Below are positions 1 through 10,171 of a stretch of 64,000 nucleotides of DNA, in pieces. Each line of letters begins with the position of its first letter. Positions within the stretch are counted from its first letter, which is position 1. Below the pieces are notes generated by a model, which did not search any database, was not told where the DNA came from, and saw nothing but the letters and a program-made list of their open reading frames with translations. This stretch comes from a virus (lineage: Duplodnaviria; Caudoviricetes), in the IMG/VR virus record IMGVR_UViG_2894625894_000003, positions 64,001 to 128,000 of that record; one strand, 5' to 3'. Both the position numbers and the translations under genes were made by a program.

Positions 1-3000
1 TGCCCGGCCGAAGTCGAGCTGCCCGTCTTTAGCCCGAACTACATTCGGCGTCAGCATCTTGGAGGCAGAGACGGGCATCACCAGGTCGATACCAGCCTGG
101 GGACCACCGTAGGTCCAACCCTGGTCGGTTTGGGTCCAGCCTTCCATACGGAGCCGCATCTGGTGCAGTTCTTTTTTGTTAGGCTTTTCCACCCAGAGTC
201 GGTACTGCCAGTTGCCTGCTTCATCCTGCCAGGCCGACACATCCCCATCCTGGGAGCGGCTACCGGGCTGAATGCTGTACAGGGTTTGGAACCCCGTCGG
301 CAACCGTCCTCCCCGGCGGGCAAATTCATCGGCCGAAATCACCACCGGTAAAGAAGTCATCTGCCGGCTTAGCAGTGTATCCGACTTTTTGAGGTATTTC
401 TGCCCATCGGCCCCTACCGTTTTGATCGAGTTAAAAATGACATCATTGTCGTACATCTGCTGAATCTCCTCGGTCGACAGGGGCTGGCCCGTCTGGATCT
501 TGTCCAGCATCCGGGCATGCGGTACCGACAACCGGGCCTGCCCCCAGAGGGCATACCGGTAGCCATCAACAGTGGTCCAGTTCTGGGCATCGGCAAACTT
601 GATGTTGTCACCCGTCAGGTCCGATTTCAGCACGGGCTCGTCGGTGACGATATAGCGGAAATGGGTAAGGGGCCGGGTGATGCCTAGTTCCGGAGCCGTC
701 AGTTGGGAGGCAAACGCCCCGATGGCCGCATTTCGGCCCTTGAACCGTTTGAACATATCACCCCCGTCATTTTTATAGGTCAGGGCCGGATCGCCATGTA
801 CCATGCCATTGAGGGCGTGGGTGTTCAGAAAATCAGACAGCAGCTTGCTGTAGAGGTTTTCTTTCAGGACCGCTTCATCCCAGCTCCAGCCGGTGATTTC
901 CTTGGTTTTGGGATCCCGAATGACGCTACCCGCCGTTACCATACCCGTCTCGGCATCTCCTTCCAGAAAGGAGCGGTGAAGCAGCAGATCATCCTGGCCC
1001 AACACGCCATTTTCCAGCAGGATCTGCCACTGGGCATCCAGGGCTGTTTGAACACCTTCCTGCAGCCAGCTTTCCAGCTGGGTCAGCTCCTCAAAGGGAA
1101 CACCCCGCATGGCAGCCAGTACCAGGTTGTTGGTAACCTGTTCAGCACTAGGCGCCTGATCCCGGAAACCAAGGGCCGTCATTCGACTGCTGCCCGCCAG
1201 TGCCCGTACTGAATCTGAGAACTCCAGTGCCCGAAAACCTTTCTTGGGCAAATACAATGTCTGTTCAGGCTGGGTTTCGGACAGGGCTGGCAAGGTGACA
1301 GCTTTAAAGTCTGTTGCCTTACCGGTATTGTAACTTTCGTACTGCTCGGAAAGTCGGCTGGGGTCAAACTCAACGGCTTCCAGCTGTCGGTAGACGCGGG
1401 CAATCCGTTCGTATTCGGGCCGGATCGTTTGCTTGAATAGTGTCAGGGCCTGCTTCGAGAGCTGACCTCGGCTATAGAGATTCTTTAGATAAGGCAGCAA
1501 GACAAAGTCAGCCGTCCGGCTGGTCTCCAGATTGCCCAGGTAAACGGGCCGCAGACTCAGCCCCGCTCCGTTTTCCGATTGGGTAAAGAAGCTATTGAGT
1601 CGGTAGAGGTCAAATTCCCGGTCCGACATACTACCAAACGAGATGCCGTCACTGGCCGCCTGGTTGTAATCCCGGACCATTCGTTCTTTGCCATCCTCCT
1701 TGTAAGATTGCTGGCGGAGACCGTCGGCAGAGAAATGGATCATCTTGGACCGCATGGCCTGATAGGCAGGATCCCGGGCCAGTTTGTCCAGAAGCCAGTT
1801 CTGCTGATAGAACCCCAGGTCCTCACTCAAATAATGAGTAAACCCGTCGGGGTCCTGCCGGAGTACGGTTCGGTAGCCTTCCAATAGAGAGTTCCAGTAA
1901 TCGAGGCCATCGGCATCCACCAGGTAGCGAAAGAACTGAAGGTGAAACGTTTTGGCCTGGTGGGCGTAAATGGTTTTTCCTTCCGCATTCTTGTAGTTGG
2001 ACTCCATAGCCGACTCATCAAACCGGGCATTACCTTTGGCCAGGTTACGTAACCGGCTCACCATCCCTCCTTTTTCGTCACTGGTCCGGGAAAACGGATC
2101 ACCTCCCTGCCGCAGCTGGTCGGCCAGCGCCTTGAGGAAAGGGCGGCTGAGGAGTTGGTTTTTCTCCAGATTCGTCATGGCCAACAGACTGGCATCGGCC
2201 GACGAGAGTTCCGCTTCGGGGAGCTTGGAGGCAGCCAGTACCGAATACCGAACGTAATCACTACTTAACCGGATACCCAGCTTGTCGAGCAACTGAACCA
2301 GTTGCCGGCTGCGGGTGGCTACCTGCCCACTGGCGGACACGGCTACGTCCATATCAGCCAGCTGGTCTACCAGAGCTGGGTCAGGGGTTGCCTGTTGATG
2401 GAAGGCGGATGCCCAGGCCGACACCTGGGTTAAATCCACCCGGTTGGTATTGGCATTAAAAAGTTCACCGTGTAGGGTCTCAGGATCAAAGAGCATGACC
2501 ATGTTCTGGCGAACCCAGAGATCAAAACCCTTCAGCACCCGGTTGAGCTTTATTTTGGCCGGGGTGGCCAGAATACGGTTGAGGTCCGTATCGGCCTGCG
2601 GGTTATGAACCGACAGCTGTCCGGCCAGGATGGCATCAATCAGTTGCTGACGGCTAAGGGTAGCCCCCTGGGCCATATCATCCACCAATCGGTCGACAAA
2701 GGCCCGGGTGTCCTCATTACCCGATAACTGAGAAAATTGGATCAGCCCTCTCAGCCGGCTTTCGTCCGAGCGGGTATTGCCCAGGCTACGGGCCAGGGCA
2801 TAATAGATCTTTCCGGCATCGACGGCCTGACGAACGGGTATATCCTGAAAGCCGCCCGTGGGCAACTGAATACGGTGAATCCGGGGATTACCCTGCCCGT
2901 CCAGTACCGGACGGCCCACCGTAGCAATGTATTGTTTGAGCCAGCTCGATAGTCCCTGGGGACCTACCTCGTTGGCTGCCTGCTCGAATCGGTCGAACTC

Positions 3001-4179
3001 AGAGGCTCCCCCATCGGTATCTTCATCGGTCTCAGCGGCCAGCTCCTGGTAGGATTTCATTCGGTCCAGGTAGGCCTGCACATCGGCAACGATCAGCGGA
3101 TACTGGGCGTTGGCAACCGTGGTTTTACTGGCACCAAACCCACGGCTCATGGTTGGTCGTAGTTGTTCGGCAATCAGCTTGTCCTTGGGTGTATCACTCG
3201 ACTGGTAATACGAAGCCCAGGTGGACAGGGCTGCTTCGATCCGACCCGCTTCAGAAAGATTTGGGAAGGCCGAGGTGTCCAGGGCCAATAGGCCAATGTT
3301 CCAGATCAATTGCTGGGATTCGGTAGAGGACATGGTATGCCCGTCTGCCCCCAATTCGATGAGCCGGGTGGCAGGAACGGTATCGTAGTCGGAGCTGGTC
3401 AGGATACGCGCTTTAGCATACTGTCCCTGGGCGATCTTGTCAAAAAGAAGCTCGGCCTTCTCCCGGTTTTTGTCGTAATAACCCAGTATCTTATTCAGGT
3501 ACCGGTAAAGGTTAGTAAACAGCCTGGCTACAGCCCGGGCCGTTCCCACACCTAAATAGGGTTTGAGTTGTTCTGTTAGTTTCCGTTGTAGGTTGTTGTC
3601 GGCTAGATCCATATAAGATCCGTAGGCCATACGAGAGACGAACAGACGAGCCAGTTCCTCCTCGTATAGCCGGTTCAATCCCGCTTCTTTGGAAAGAGCC
3701 TCGTAGGTTTTTGGGTAGACTGCCCGAGTAGTCTGGTAATGGTTTTCCAGACTACCCATTCCCCAGGTTGACAGCCGACTTTCCAGCAGGGCTTTACCGA
3801 CTCGTAAATATTCCGATTTTTCATCGGCTGGTATCAAACTACCGAATATCGCGTGGAAGCTCTCTTCCCAGACCTCGTCCCGGCGGATAGCTTTGCCGAA
3901 GTATAGGGCATTCTTCCAGAAGGCCGCCGACGTTTCGGGCGGAACCATGGCCGCTATCTCCGAGAGCTCACCCACCCGGAACTGATCCGGGTCGATGAGT
4001 TCGGCCATCATCTGCTTGGCCTCGTCCAACTGAAGAGCCGGACGGGTTAGATGGTTCCGCCAGGTTTGGTAGTCTGGCAGTAACCCATCGTGCAGAATCA
4101 GTTGGTTATATGTTTCCTGGAGACCAACCTGGGCAGTCCATAACTGAATATCCGGGTGGTTCAAATTTAAACAATCCAT
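1..4179 (-). CDS. Giant virion protein, probable virion RNA polymerase (N-terminal >=1393 aa, truncated by window edge)
   Basis: Not in the ORF track because no stop lies in the window. ATG at 4179 (MDCLNLNHPDIQ...); the frame was open in every line checked. It has a zincin-like WEESFHAIF...LYEEELARLF segment and is last in the cargo operon. The RNAP catalytic motif was not seen. Confidence 0.7.
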   Translation of the reverse strand, partial: MDCLNLNHPDIQLWTAQVGLQETYNQLILHDGLLPDYQTWRNHLTRPALQLDEAKQMMAELIDPDQFRVGELSEIAAMVPPETSAAFWKNALYFGKAIRRDEVWEESFHAIFGSLIPADEKSEYLRVGKALLESRLSTWGMGSLENHYQTTRAVYPKTYEALSKEAGLNRLYEEELARLFVSRMAYGSYMDLADNNLQRKLTEQLKPYLGVGTARAVARLFTNLYRYLNKILGYYDKNREKAELLFDKIAQGQYAKARILTSSDYDTVPATRLIELGADGHTMSSTESQQLIWNIGLLALDTSAFPNLSEAGRIEAALSTWASYYQSSDTPKDKLIAEQLRPTMSRGFGASKTTVANAQYPLIVADVQAYLDRMKSYQELAAETDEDTDGGASEFDRFEQAANEVGPQGLSSWLKQYIATVGRPVLDGQGNPRIHRIQLPTGGFQDIPVRQAVDAGKIYYALARSLGNTRSDESRLRGLIQFSQLSGNEDTRAFVDRLVDDMAQGATLSRQQLIDAILAGQLSVHNPQADTDLNRILATPAKIKLNRVLKGFDLWVRQNMVMLFDPETLHGELFNANTNRVDLTQVSAWASAFHQQATPDPALVDQLADMDVAVSASGQVATRSRQLVQLLDKLGIRLSSDYVRYSVLAASKLPEAELSSADASLLAMTNLEKNQLLSRPFLKALADQLRQGGDPFSRTSDEKGGMVSRLRNLAKGNARFDESAMESNYKNAEGKTIYAHQAKTFHLQFFRYLVDADGLDYWNSLLEGYRTVLRQDPDGFTHYLSEDLGFYQQNWLLDKLARDPAYQAMRSKMIHFSADGLRQQSYKEDGKERMVRDYNQAASDGISFGSMSDREFDLYRLNSFFTQSENGAGLSLRPVYLGNLETSRTADFVLLPYLKNLYSRGQLSKQALTLFKQTIRPEYERIARVYRQLEAVEFDPSRLSEQYESYNTGKATDFKAVTLPALSETQPEQTLYLPKKGFRALEFSDSVRALAGSSRMTALGFRDQAPSAEQVTNNLVLAAMRGVPFEELTQLESWLQEGVQTALDAQWQILLENGVLGQDDLLLHRSFLEGDAETGMVTAGSVIRDPKTKEITGWSWDEAVLKENLYSKLLSDFLNTHALNGMVHGDPALTYKNDGGDMFKRFKGRNAAIGAFASQLTAPELGITRPLTHFRYIVTDEPVLKSDLTGDNIKFADAQNWTTVDGYRYALWGQARLSVPHARMLDKIQTGQPLSTEEIQQMYDNDVIFNSIKTVGADGQKYLKKSDTLLSRQMTSLPVVISADEFARRGGRLPTGFQTLYSIQPGSRSQDGDVSAWQDEAGNWQYRLWVEKPNKKELHQMRLRMEGWTQTDQGWTYGGPQAGIDLVMPVSASKMLTPNVVRAKDGQLDFGRA

Positions 4180-4189
4180 TCGTGGGTGG

Positions 4190-7100
4190 TTAATGACAGT
4201 GACGGATAAGAGCCTCAACCCGTTGGGCCAGCTCTACCGGAGAGAGGGTTACGTGCGTAACGGGAACAGAATCGGTGCGGGAGAACAAGCCACTTGCCGG
4301 ATCCGTCAGCAGGGCTCTGTGTTCGGGGTTCAGCTGGGGATCCAGCTCGTTGATTTCCGCGACAGCCGCCGGGTCGGCTTTCAGCATTGGTCCCCCTGTA
4401 AAAATCAAGCTGGGATAAGGCTGGCCCGTCTGGGGATTGATCCCCCCTGAGACTCCGTGCGTTGCTAGGACAAACGTACGGATTTTTTCGGATAATCCGA
4501 GATCTTTCAGCTCATTAGCCAGTTCATTTTCCAGTTTTTCTACTGGAATATCTATAGCCACTTCTTCAGCTATTTGCTGGCTGGTTTCCGGCTTAGGGGG
4601 TAATGCAACAACGACCCGATCTTCCCCTAACGGATTGTGTGTATCCAATTCGGAATTTACCCGTAGACGAGTGGTCAGGTTATTGTACATAAACACGACC
4701 GGGGAGGCAATCCGAACCGACCGGCTCAAGATGGTCTCGTCGAGCTTTAAGCCCCCCTGCCGAACACTAATCTCACCCAGCTCTAGGGTCTGCTTGCGGC
4801 TGGAATCCTGCCCGGCATGAAACGTTCCATTAGCTGTTGCTGTCAGTAACCGGTTCAGTTCACCCGGTTTACCCACTTGGCTGGCCGATACGTATTTGTC
4901 GGAATAGTACTGCTCACCGTTGTGCTTATACGTCAACCGCAGCACCGGTTTATCCTTCACTGTATCCAGTACCAGGTGTAAGTCGCTGATACCGGTTTGG
5001 GGAGCCCCGGAGGCTGCCACAAAGTAATCGGTGAGGTTAATCAACTGGGGATTTTGGGACAGGGCCTGGGTCAGCTGTTCATCGGCATAGGGGGACTCCA
5101 CGGGCAGAAACAACAGCTTACCACCAGGGGTGGTCACCAGTACATGATAACCCAGGTGAGGCTTGCTGGTGGTGTTGTCCTGGAAATAGGCCTGGACGGC
5201 TTTTCGAATCCGGGTCCGGGGCTGCTGATCCAGGGGAGCTTCGACCAGTGTGGATAAAAACGAACCGTACGTATCGACGATCGGACTGCGGGCATCCCCC
5301 TGCAGATGCACCACCACCGGTCCCCGGATCGCTCCCCCGGGACTGTCAAGAACCAGATCGGTGTGGACCAGACTGCTGATGGGTTGCAGACCGCCGGGGC
5401 CAGGACGATCCAGGGGCATCAGCCCGTGGGGATTTTCACTGACTTCAAGCCGACTTAGCAGACTGTTCAGCATACCTTCCGTCAGGGGTTGGTTGACGGC
5501 CTGTTCGAGAAGTAGATTGGCAAGGGTAGATCGAAGGCTTTCGTACTGCCAGTGAATAGTCAGCCACTCTTGCAGGCTTTGCCGAAATCCTAACCAGGGC
5601 CGGCCCGTCTGAGGATCCGTTTCCAGGAGGGCATTATAGACATCCTGGGTGAGCAGCCCCGACTCAACCAGCTCATTAATTAATATGTTGGACTGCCCAA
5701 GCCGTGGTTGTAGCGGATGGCTGGCTGGTAATCGGGTTTGTAGAAACCCCCTGGCCCGTTCGGATAATTCCAGACTATGATCGAGTGGAATGGAGAGAAC
5801 CAGCTGATTATCCAGACGGGCCGTTAGTAACCGACCGGGGGTTCGACGGGCCAGGCCCGGATCCCCTTTGAGCTCGGAAGCCGTTCGAACCGGCGTCGGT
5901 GCCTGGATTGCCCAGGACACATTCGACAGGATTGCCCGTTTGTCGGCTACCGTATCAGCGGGTACCCGCCAGAGCCGGGCAAACTTGGCCTTGGCCATCA
6001 GCCAGGCCGACATACGGTCGAGTAAATCCCAGTTTTTAGTTTGAATAGCCCCGGCAATATTAGTAAACTTGGGATCACCCTGGCGACCCAGATTGGCATC
6101 CCACTCGTCCCAGAGAACCGATTCGAGGTATTTGGATGCTACCGATCCTTCATCGCCCCGTAGGGTACGGTCGAGGGGAGGGGTTGGGGCTTTGGGAGGT
6201 GTGGGTGGTTTAGCGGTGATGCCCTGCCGCTGCACCTGGACCAGGCCAGCCAGATACGGGGTAAGCACACCCTGATCCCAGAAAGTCAGTAGGAGTCGTT
6301 TAAAAGTATCGGAAGTTCCTGCCAGGGCTGCATCCAGTTCGGCAGAACGGCGTATTTTATTGTTAGCCAAATCGTTCAGCAGCGCCTCTACCCGGTCGGC
6401 AGATACCGGTCCCTGCAGGGCAGCGGTCGCCAGTTCAGCCAGATAATCTTTATCGAGTCCCAGTTTATCGGCCAGCGATTCAACCTGATCCGACATAATG
6501 GTTTTATTGGTAGCCGGTCTTTCCTCAACAGGTGCCGAAGTGGGTACTTCAACGTACGGATCTATGGATGAGCCGGCCTGATCCCGGATGGCCTCTGCCT
6601 GCAATTGGGCCTCGATCTGGTCTGAGTAGGCCTGATAGATCTCCTGCTGCCGGTCGCTAAGCTGACGGCCCGATTTAAGGGCCGCTGTCAACTCCCGTAG
6701 AATCGGTTCCTGACTGGCGGTGGGTAATTTCCCCGTATCGACAAACTGATCCCAAACCTGATTGACAATACCCCCTTCTTCAGCCAACGGATCACGAGTA
6801 GGCGTAGTGGGCATGGTTGTCACCGGTCCCGGACTGGGAGCAGCAACCGGCGCCGGTTGGGGTAATGGTAATTCAGCCTCATACTGCTCTTTGACCAGAG
6901 CGAAGATGGTAAAGGCATCCCGGTAATTTTCCTGGGCCGCTACGGTTTTTAGTTTCCGCTCCAGCTTGACATAGCCGGGATCCAGGCTCTGACGGGCAAT
7001 GATGCCATTATCCGCTTTGAGATCCGTTAGTAAATCGTCCAGAAACTGCTTCCGCTCCGTTTGTTGCCGGCGGTGTTCATCCCGCTGCCGGGTTAACTCG

Positions 7101-10100
7101 GTGGTGAGTTGAGTCCGGGTAGCTCCCTCATCTGCCTGGAATTGGGGCAGGTAGGTATCGATTAGATCCGAGAGGTCATTCCCCAGAACGGCCTTCCGTT
7201 CGGTTTCATTGGCGAATACCCCACTGATGTGATCATGCAGGGATTGCCGCTGAGCGGCCCGACGAGCCGTTTGCTGAGCCTTTTCCAACACTTCCTTCTG
7301 ACGCTGGAAATCCTCGGTCTGAGCCACAAAGTCGGTAAACCCCCGCTGACTCTTGAGTTTATCGGATCGGTCGGCCAGTGTTTTCAGAGCTGCTTCCAGG
7401 GCCTGGGCATCGTGGGCCTGCTGTAAAAGACCTTTGGTCTGCTCGTTATCCTCCAGATTGACATTAAACTCACTGGTGGCCAGTACCTGCCGGGCCGTCG
7501 AGACAGCTTTGTCGAGGGGAAAATCTGCTGATTCCAGTTCCTCGATCCAGGTCTGTTGCTGATCGATTTCCTTCAACCGGTCCTCAAAGCGGTCCAGCAA
7601 GTCGGCTTCCAGTTCCCGGGTTAGCCGATCGGTCTCCTCGGCGTGTTGTCTCACTTTAACTCCGTGACTGGCATCGGGATTTTCGGGGGCCACCGGCCGG
7701 GAAGCCTGTTGCTGGAGATCGAGGGCCTTTCGTTCCTGGTCGATGGTTTGCTCGATGGTTTTCTTTTCCCGGGCCAGTTCCACCCGGCGGCTACGCCAGC
7801 CTTCGGGGGTGATGAGCTGGGTAAGGTCTTCCATCGTCAACCCACTGCCACTACCACTGATAGCCTGTCCCAGCGACTGCCGGCGGTCCGTATACGCTTT
7901 CCTGATAAATTCAGCGTGGAGCATTTCATTGTAGTAATCCTCCCACTGACGATAGAGGGTCTGCTGCTCGGCACTGGCATCGGCCGTGAGCCGGTATGGA
8001 TTTTTGTACAAACCACTTAAGCGGTCCTGAGCTTTTTCCAGTGTCCTCAACGTCTGGTCCATACCCTGTACGAGCCCCGAGAGTTGCTCCTTACTGAAGC
8101 TGCCCGCGTCTCCCAATCCAAAGGCCTGAGTAAATTCTTCGGGCCGCTGGTTGATCGTCTCATTCCAGGTTTTGAACTGTTCCCGGATCAGATCCCCAGA
8201 CCCTTGTTTGACAAATGGTAGCAGGAAATGAAACTGAGCCGAGTTTTTCAGGTTCTGAAAAACGAACTGATCCGACAGAAGAGCGGCATCCTTTTGTAAG
8301 GTAGTCAGGTTCATAGAAGCCTGAGCCTGCTGAGCTTTCTGGTCGAGGCTATTGCCCAGACTCTGGCGTTCCAGCAACATCCGGGCAGCCTCCTGTACGG
8401 CCACCGGCGACAGGTTGAACTGCCGGGCAATCTCCTCGAAGCGGGCTTTCTGCTCAGGGCCGTTCAGGCGGTCGACGACGTACTTGGAAACACCCCCACC
8501 AATACGGCCTACGATCAAACCACCCAACCCTTCGGTCCACCCTTCCCGGGTTCCGAAGGCCTGCTGTAATCCATGCAGAGCCGCTTCCAGGGCCAGATCC
8601 GTATCCTTTTTGGATACACCTGACTGCTGTAGCTGGTAGTAGTGCTGGCTGCCCTCTGAGATGGCCTTTTGAAACTGTTCTTCCAGCATCTCCGACGAGT
8701 TGCCAATAAGCAGCTCTTTACCCTCGTTTCGAGCAAATGTAGCCACCTTACCGAAGGCCTTCTCGTACCACTTCTCATTGGCTCCGAAGGTAATGAGGGT
8801 AGGCTTGTTGGGGACCACGTCAAGCTGAGCCGGGTTGCCCGCTTTCTGTTGAAGTCGGTAGAGGTCATCGGCCTGGCCGAAAAGACGCTGAGCCTGGGGA
8901 AAGTTTTTCAGAATCGTCCCCAGCTGGAAGGTATTGGTTACCCCCAATAAGGCATGGTTTAGCAGAAAAGTCGCATTACCGGCCTGCTTGGCGGCTTCTC
9001 TAAACTTGGCTTTCTGGTCGGCATCCGGCTGAGTGCCGGTACGTTGCCGGTAATCTCTCAGGAGCTGCTGGTAAAGTTCCCGTTCGGCCTGGTAGCCTTC
9101 CAGGGATGCCTCCCCATTCGCTTGCAGAAAACTGTGCAACAGGGGTTTGGCCCCTACCCGTAATCCGATGGGGGTGTCGATGCCATTCCATACCGCCGAT
9201 GCCCCCAGTAGCAGCTTGTCTCCCCGACCGGCCTGCTTGGCTGCCTGATAGGCATCGTCGAGATAGGTCAACGACCGCTCCACGGTGGAGAGCCCTTTAG
9301 TGAGTTTGGCTAGCCGGTTGGTCCAGCTGGCAGCTAGTATCCCCAGGCTGGCCCCTTCGGTTAAGGGGGCCGCTGCTGAGAGCAACGCCGTCTCAATCAG
9401 TCCCGTTGTCAGACCACCAGCCAGAAAACCAAAGCTGCGGGCCAGCGACCCAAAGTCATTCCCACCCTCTCCCATAAAGGGAACCAGGTTCAGGTTGGGA
9501 TGCTGACGAGCCCAGTCACTCTGGAAGTTCTGATGGGACTCGTCGATCCGGGTCATCCAGTCATTGATATTCCGAAGGGCGGATCCTTCATCGCCCCGCA
9601 TGGATTCGGTAAAGGCATCCAGCCCGTGGATGTTACCAGCCAGCAGGTCTTTGGTAGTTTTGATTAACGTAGGCAAACTAACACTCCAGGCCCCGACGGT
9701 ACCCAGGGTGTTGACTCCTACCATGGTAGTGTCGTTCCAGAGCTGCCCCCAGAAACCCTGCCGTGCATTGGCATAGGCTTCATTGTCCCGGCCTCGTAGG
9801 AAATCAAAACCATTCTGGTGAAGCCGGTTGGTTTCCTCTACCTCGGCCTCACTCATTGGATCGGCCCGAACGGCTATCGCCTGCGCATTAACGGGGTCTT
9901 TCTGCCATTCGTCATTTTGACCCTTAACCCAATTCATCAACCCCTGAGTCATCAAATTACTCCGGTCGGTATCGGTCAGTACAGAAGGGGCCGCTGGATC
10001 TGATAGAGTAGGCTCATGCCAGCTGGGTGCGGGTTGTGGCTTGGGATCCTGCCAATCTTGGGCAGCGATGTCGGGTCCACCCGGTGGTTCCATGCCGGGA

Positions 10101-10171
10101 GAAGGCATACCCGTTAGGGGGGCTGTAAACTCTGTTGGTAAAATCTCGGAACTAGCCGGTGTGGGATTCAT
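4190..10171 (-). CDS. Large ejection/cargo protein (1993 aa)
   Basis: Long ORF with Gly/Ala-rich hydrophobic segments and coiled coils, at the crAss cargo position. Confidence 0.75.
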   Translation of the reverse strand: MNPTPASSEILPTEFTAPLTGMPSPGMEPPGGPDIAAQDWQDPKPQPAPSWHEPTLSDPAAPSVLTDTDRSNLMTQGLMNWVKGQNDEWQKDPVNAQAIAVRADPMSEAEVEETNRLHQNGFDFLRGRDNEAYANARQGFWGQLWNDTTMVGVNTLGTVGAWSVSLPTLIKTTKDLLAGNIHGLDAFTESMRGDEGSALRNINDWMTRIDESHQNFQSDWARQHPNLNLVPFMGEGGNDFGSLARSFGFLAGGLTTGLIETALLSAAAPLTEGASLGILAASWTNRLAKLTKGLSTVERSLTYLDDAYQAAKQAGRGDKLLLGASAVWNGIDTPIGLRVGAKPLLHSFLQANGEASLEGYQAERELYQQLLRDYRQRTGTQPDADQKAKFREAAKQAGNATFLLNHALLGVTNTFQLGTILKNFPQAQRLFGQADDLYRLQQKAGNPAQLDVVPNKPTLITFGANEKWYEKAFGKVATFARNEGKELLIGNSSEMLEEQFQKAISEGSQHYYQLQQSGVSKKDTDLALEAALHGLQQAFGTREGWTEGLGGLIVGRIGGGVSKYVVDRLNGPEQKARFEEIARQFNLSPVAVQEAARMLLERQSLGNSLDQKAQQAQASMNLTTLQKDAALLSDQFVFQNLKNSAQFHFLLPFVKQGSGDLIREQFKTWNETINQRPEEFTQAFGLGDAGSFSKEQLSGLVQGMDQTLRTLEKAQDRLSGLYKNPYRLTADASAEQQTLYRQWEDYYNEMLHAEFIRKAYTDRRQSLGQAISGSGSGLTMEDLTQLITPEGWRSRRVELAREKKTIEQTIDQERKALDLQQQASRPVAPENPDASHGVKVRQHAEETDRLTRELEADLLDRFEDRLKEIDQQQTWIEELESADFPLDKAVSTARQVLATSEFNVNLEDNEQTKGLLQQAHDAQALEAALKTLADRSDKLKSQRGFTDFVAQTEDFQRQKEVLEKAQQTARRAAQRQSLHDHISGVFANETERKAVLGNDLSDLIDTYLPQFQADEGATRTQLTTELTRQRDEHRRQQTERKQFLDDLLTDLKADNGIIARQSLDPGYVKLERKLKTVAAQENYRDAFTIFALVKEQYEAELPLPQPAPVAAPSPGPVTTMPTTPTRDPLAEEGGIVNQVWDQFVDTGKLPTASQEPILRELTAALKSGRQLSDRQQEIYQAYSDQIEAQLQAEAIRDQAGSSIDPYVEVPTSAPVEERPATNKTIMSDQVESLADKLGLDKDYLAELATAALQGPVSADRVEALLNDLANNKIRRSAELDAALAGTSDTFKRLLLTFWDQGVLTPYLAGLVQVQRQGITAKPPTPPKAPTPPLDRTLRGDEGSVASKYLESVLWDEWDANLGRQGDPKFTNIAGAIQTKNWDLLDRMSAWLMAKAKFARLWRVPADTVADKRAILSNVSWAIQAPTPVRTASELKGDPGLARRTPGRLLTARLDNQLVLSIPLDHSLELSERARGFLQTRLPASHPLQPRLGQSNILINELVESGLLTQDVYNALLETDPQTGRPWLGFRQSLQEWLTIHWQYESLRSTLANLLLEQAVNQPLTEGMLNSLLSRLEVSENPHGLMPLDRPGPGGLQPISSLVHTDLVLDSPGGAIRGPVVVHLQGDARSPIVDTYGSFLSTLVEAPLDQQPRTRIRKAVQAYFQDNTTSKPHLGYHVLVTTPGGKLLFLPVESPYADEQLTQALSQNPQLINLTDYFVAASGAPQTGISDLHLVLDTVKDKPVLRLTYKHNGEQYYSDKYVSASQVGKPGELNRLLTATANGTFHAGQDSSRKQTLELGEISVRQGGLKLDETILSRSVRIASPVVFMYNNLTTRLRVNSELDTHNPLGEDRVVVALPPKPETSQQIAEEVAIDIPVEKLENELANELKDLGLSEKIRTFVLATHGVSGGINPQTGQPYPSLIFTGGPMLKADPAAVAEINELDPQLNPEHRALLTDPASGLFSRTDSVPVTHVTLSPVELAQRVEALIRHCH

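Noticed and set aside
78-3555. Short track ORFs suggesting a gene-poor left end
   Set aside because: The region is covered by the single minus-strand frame 1..4179
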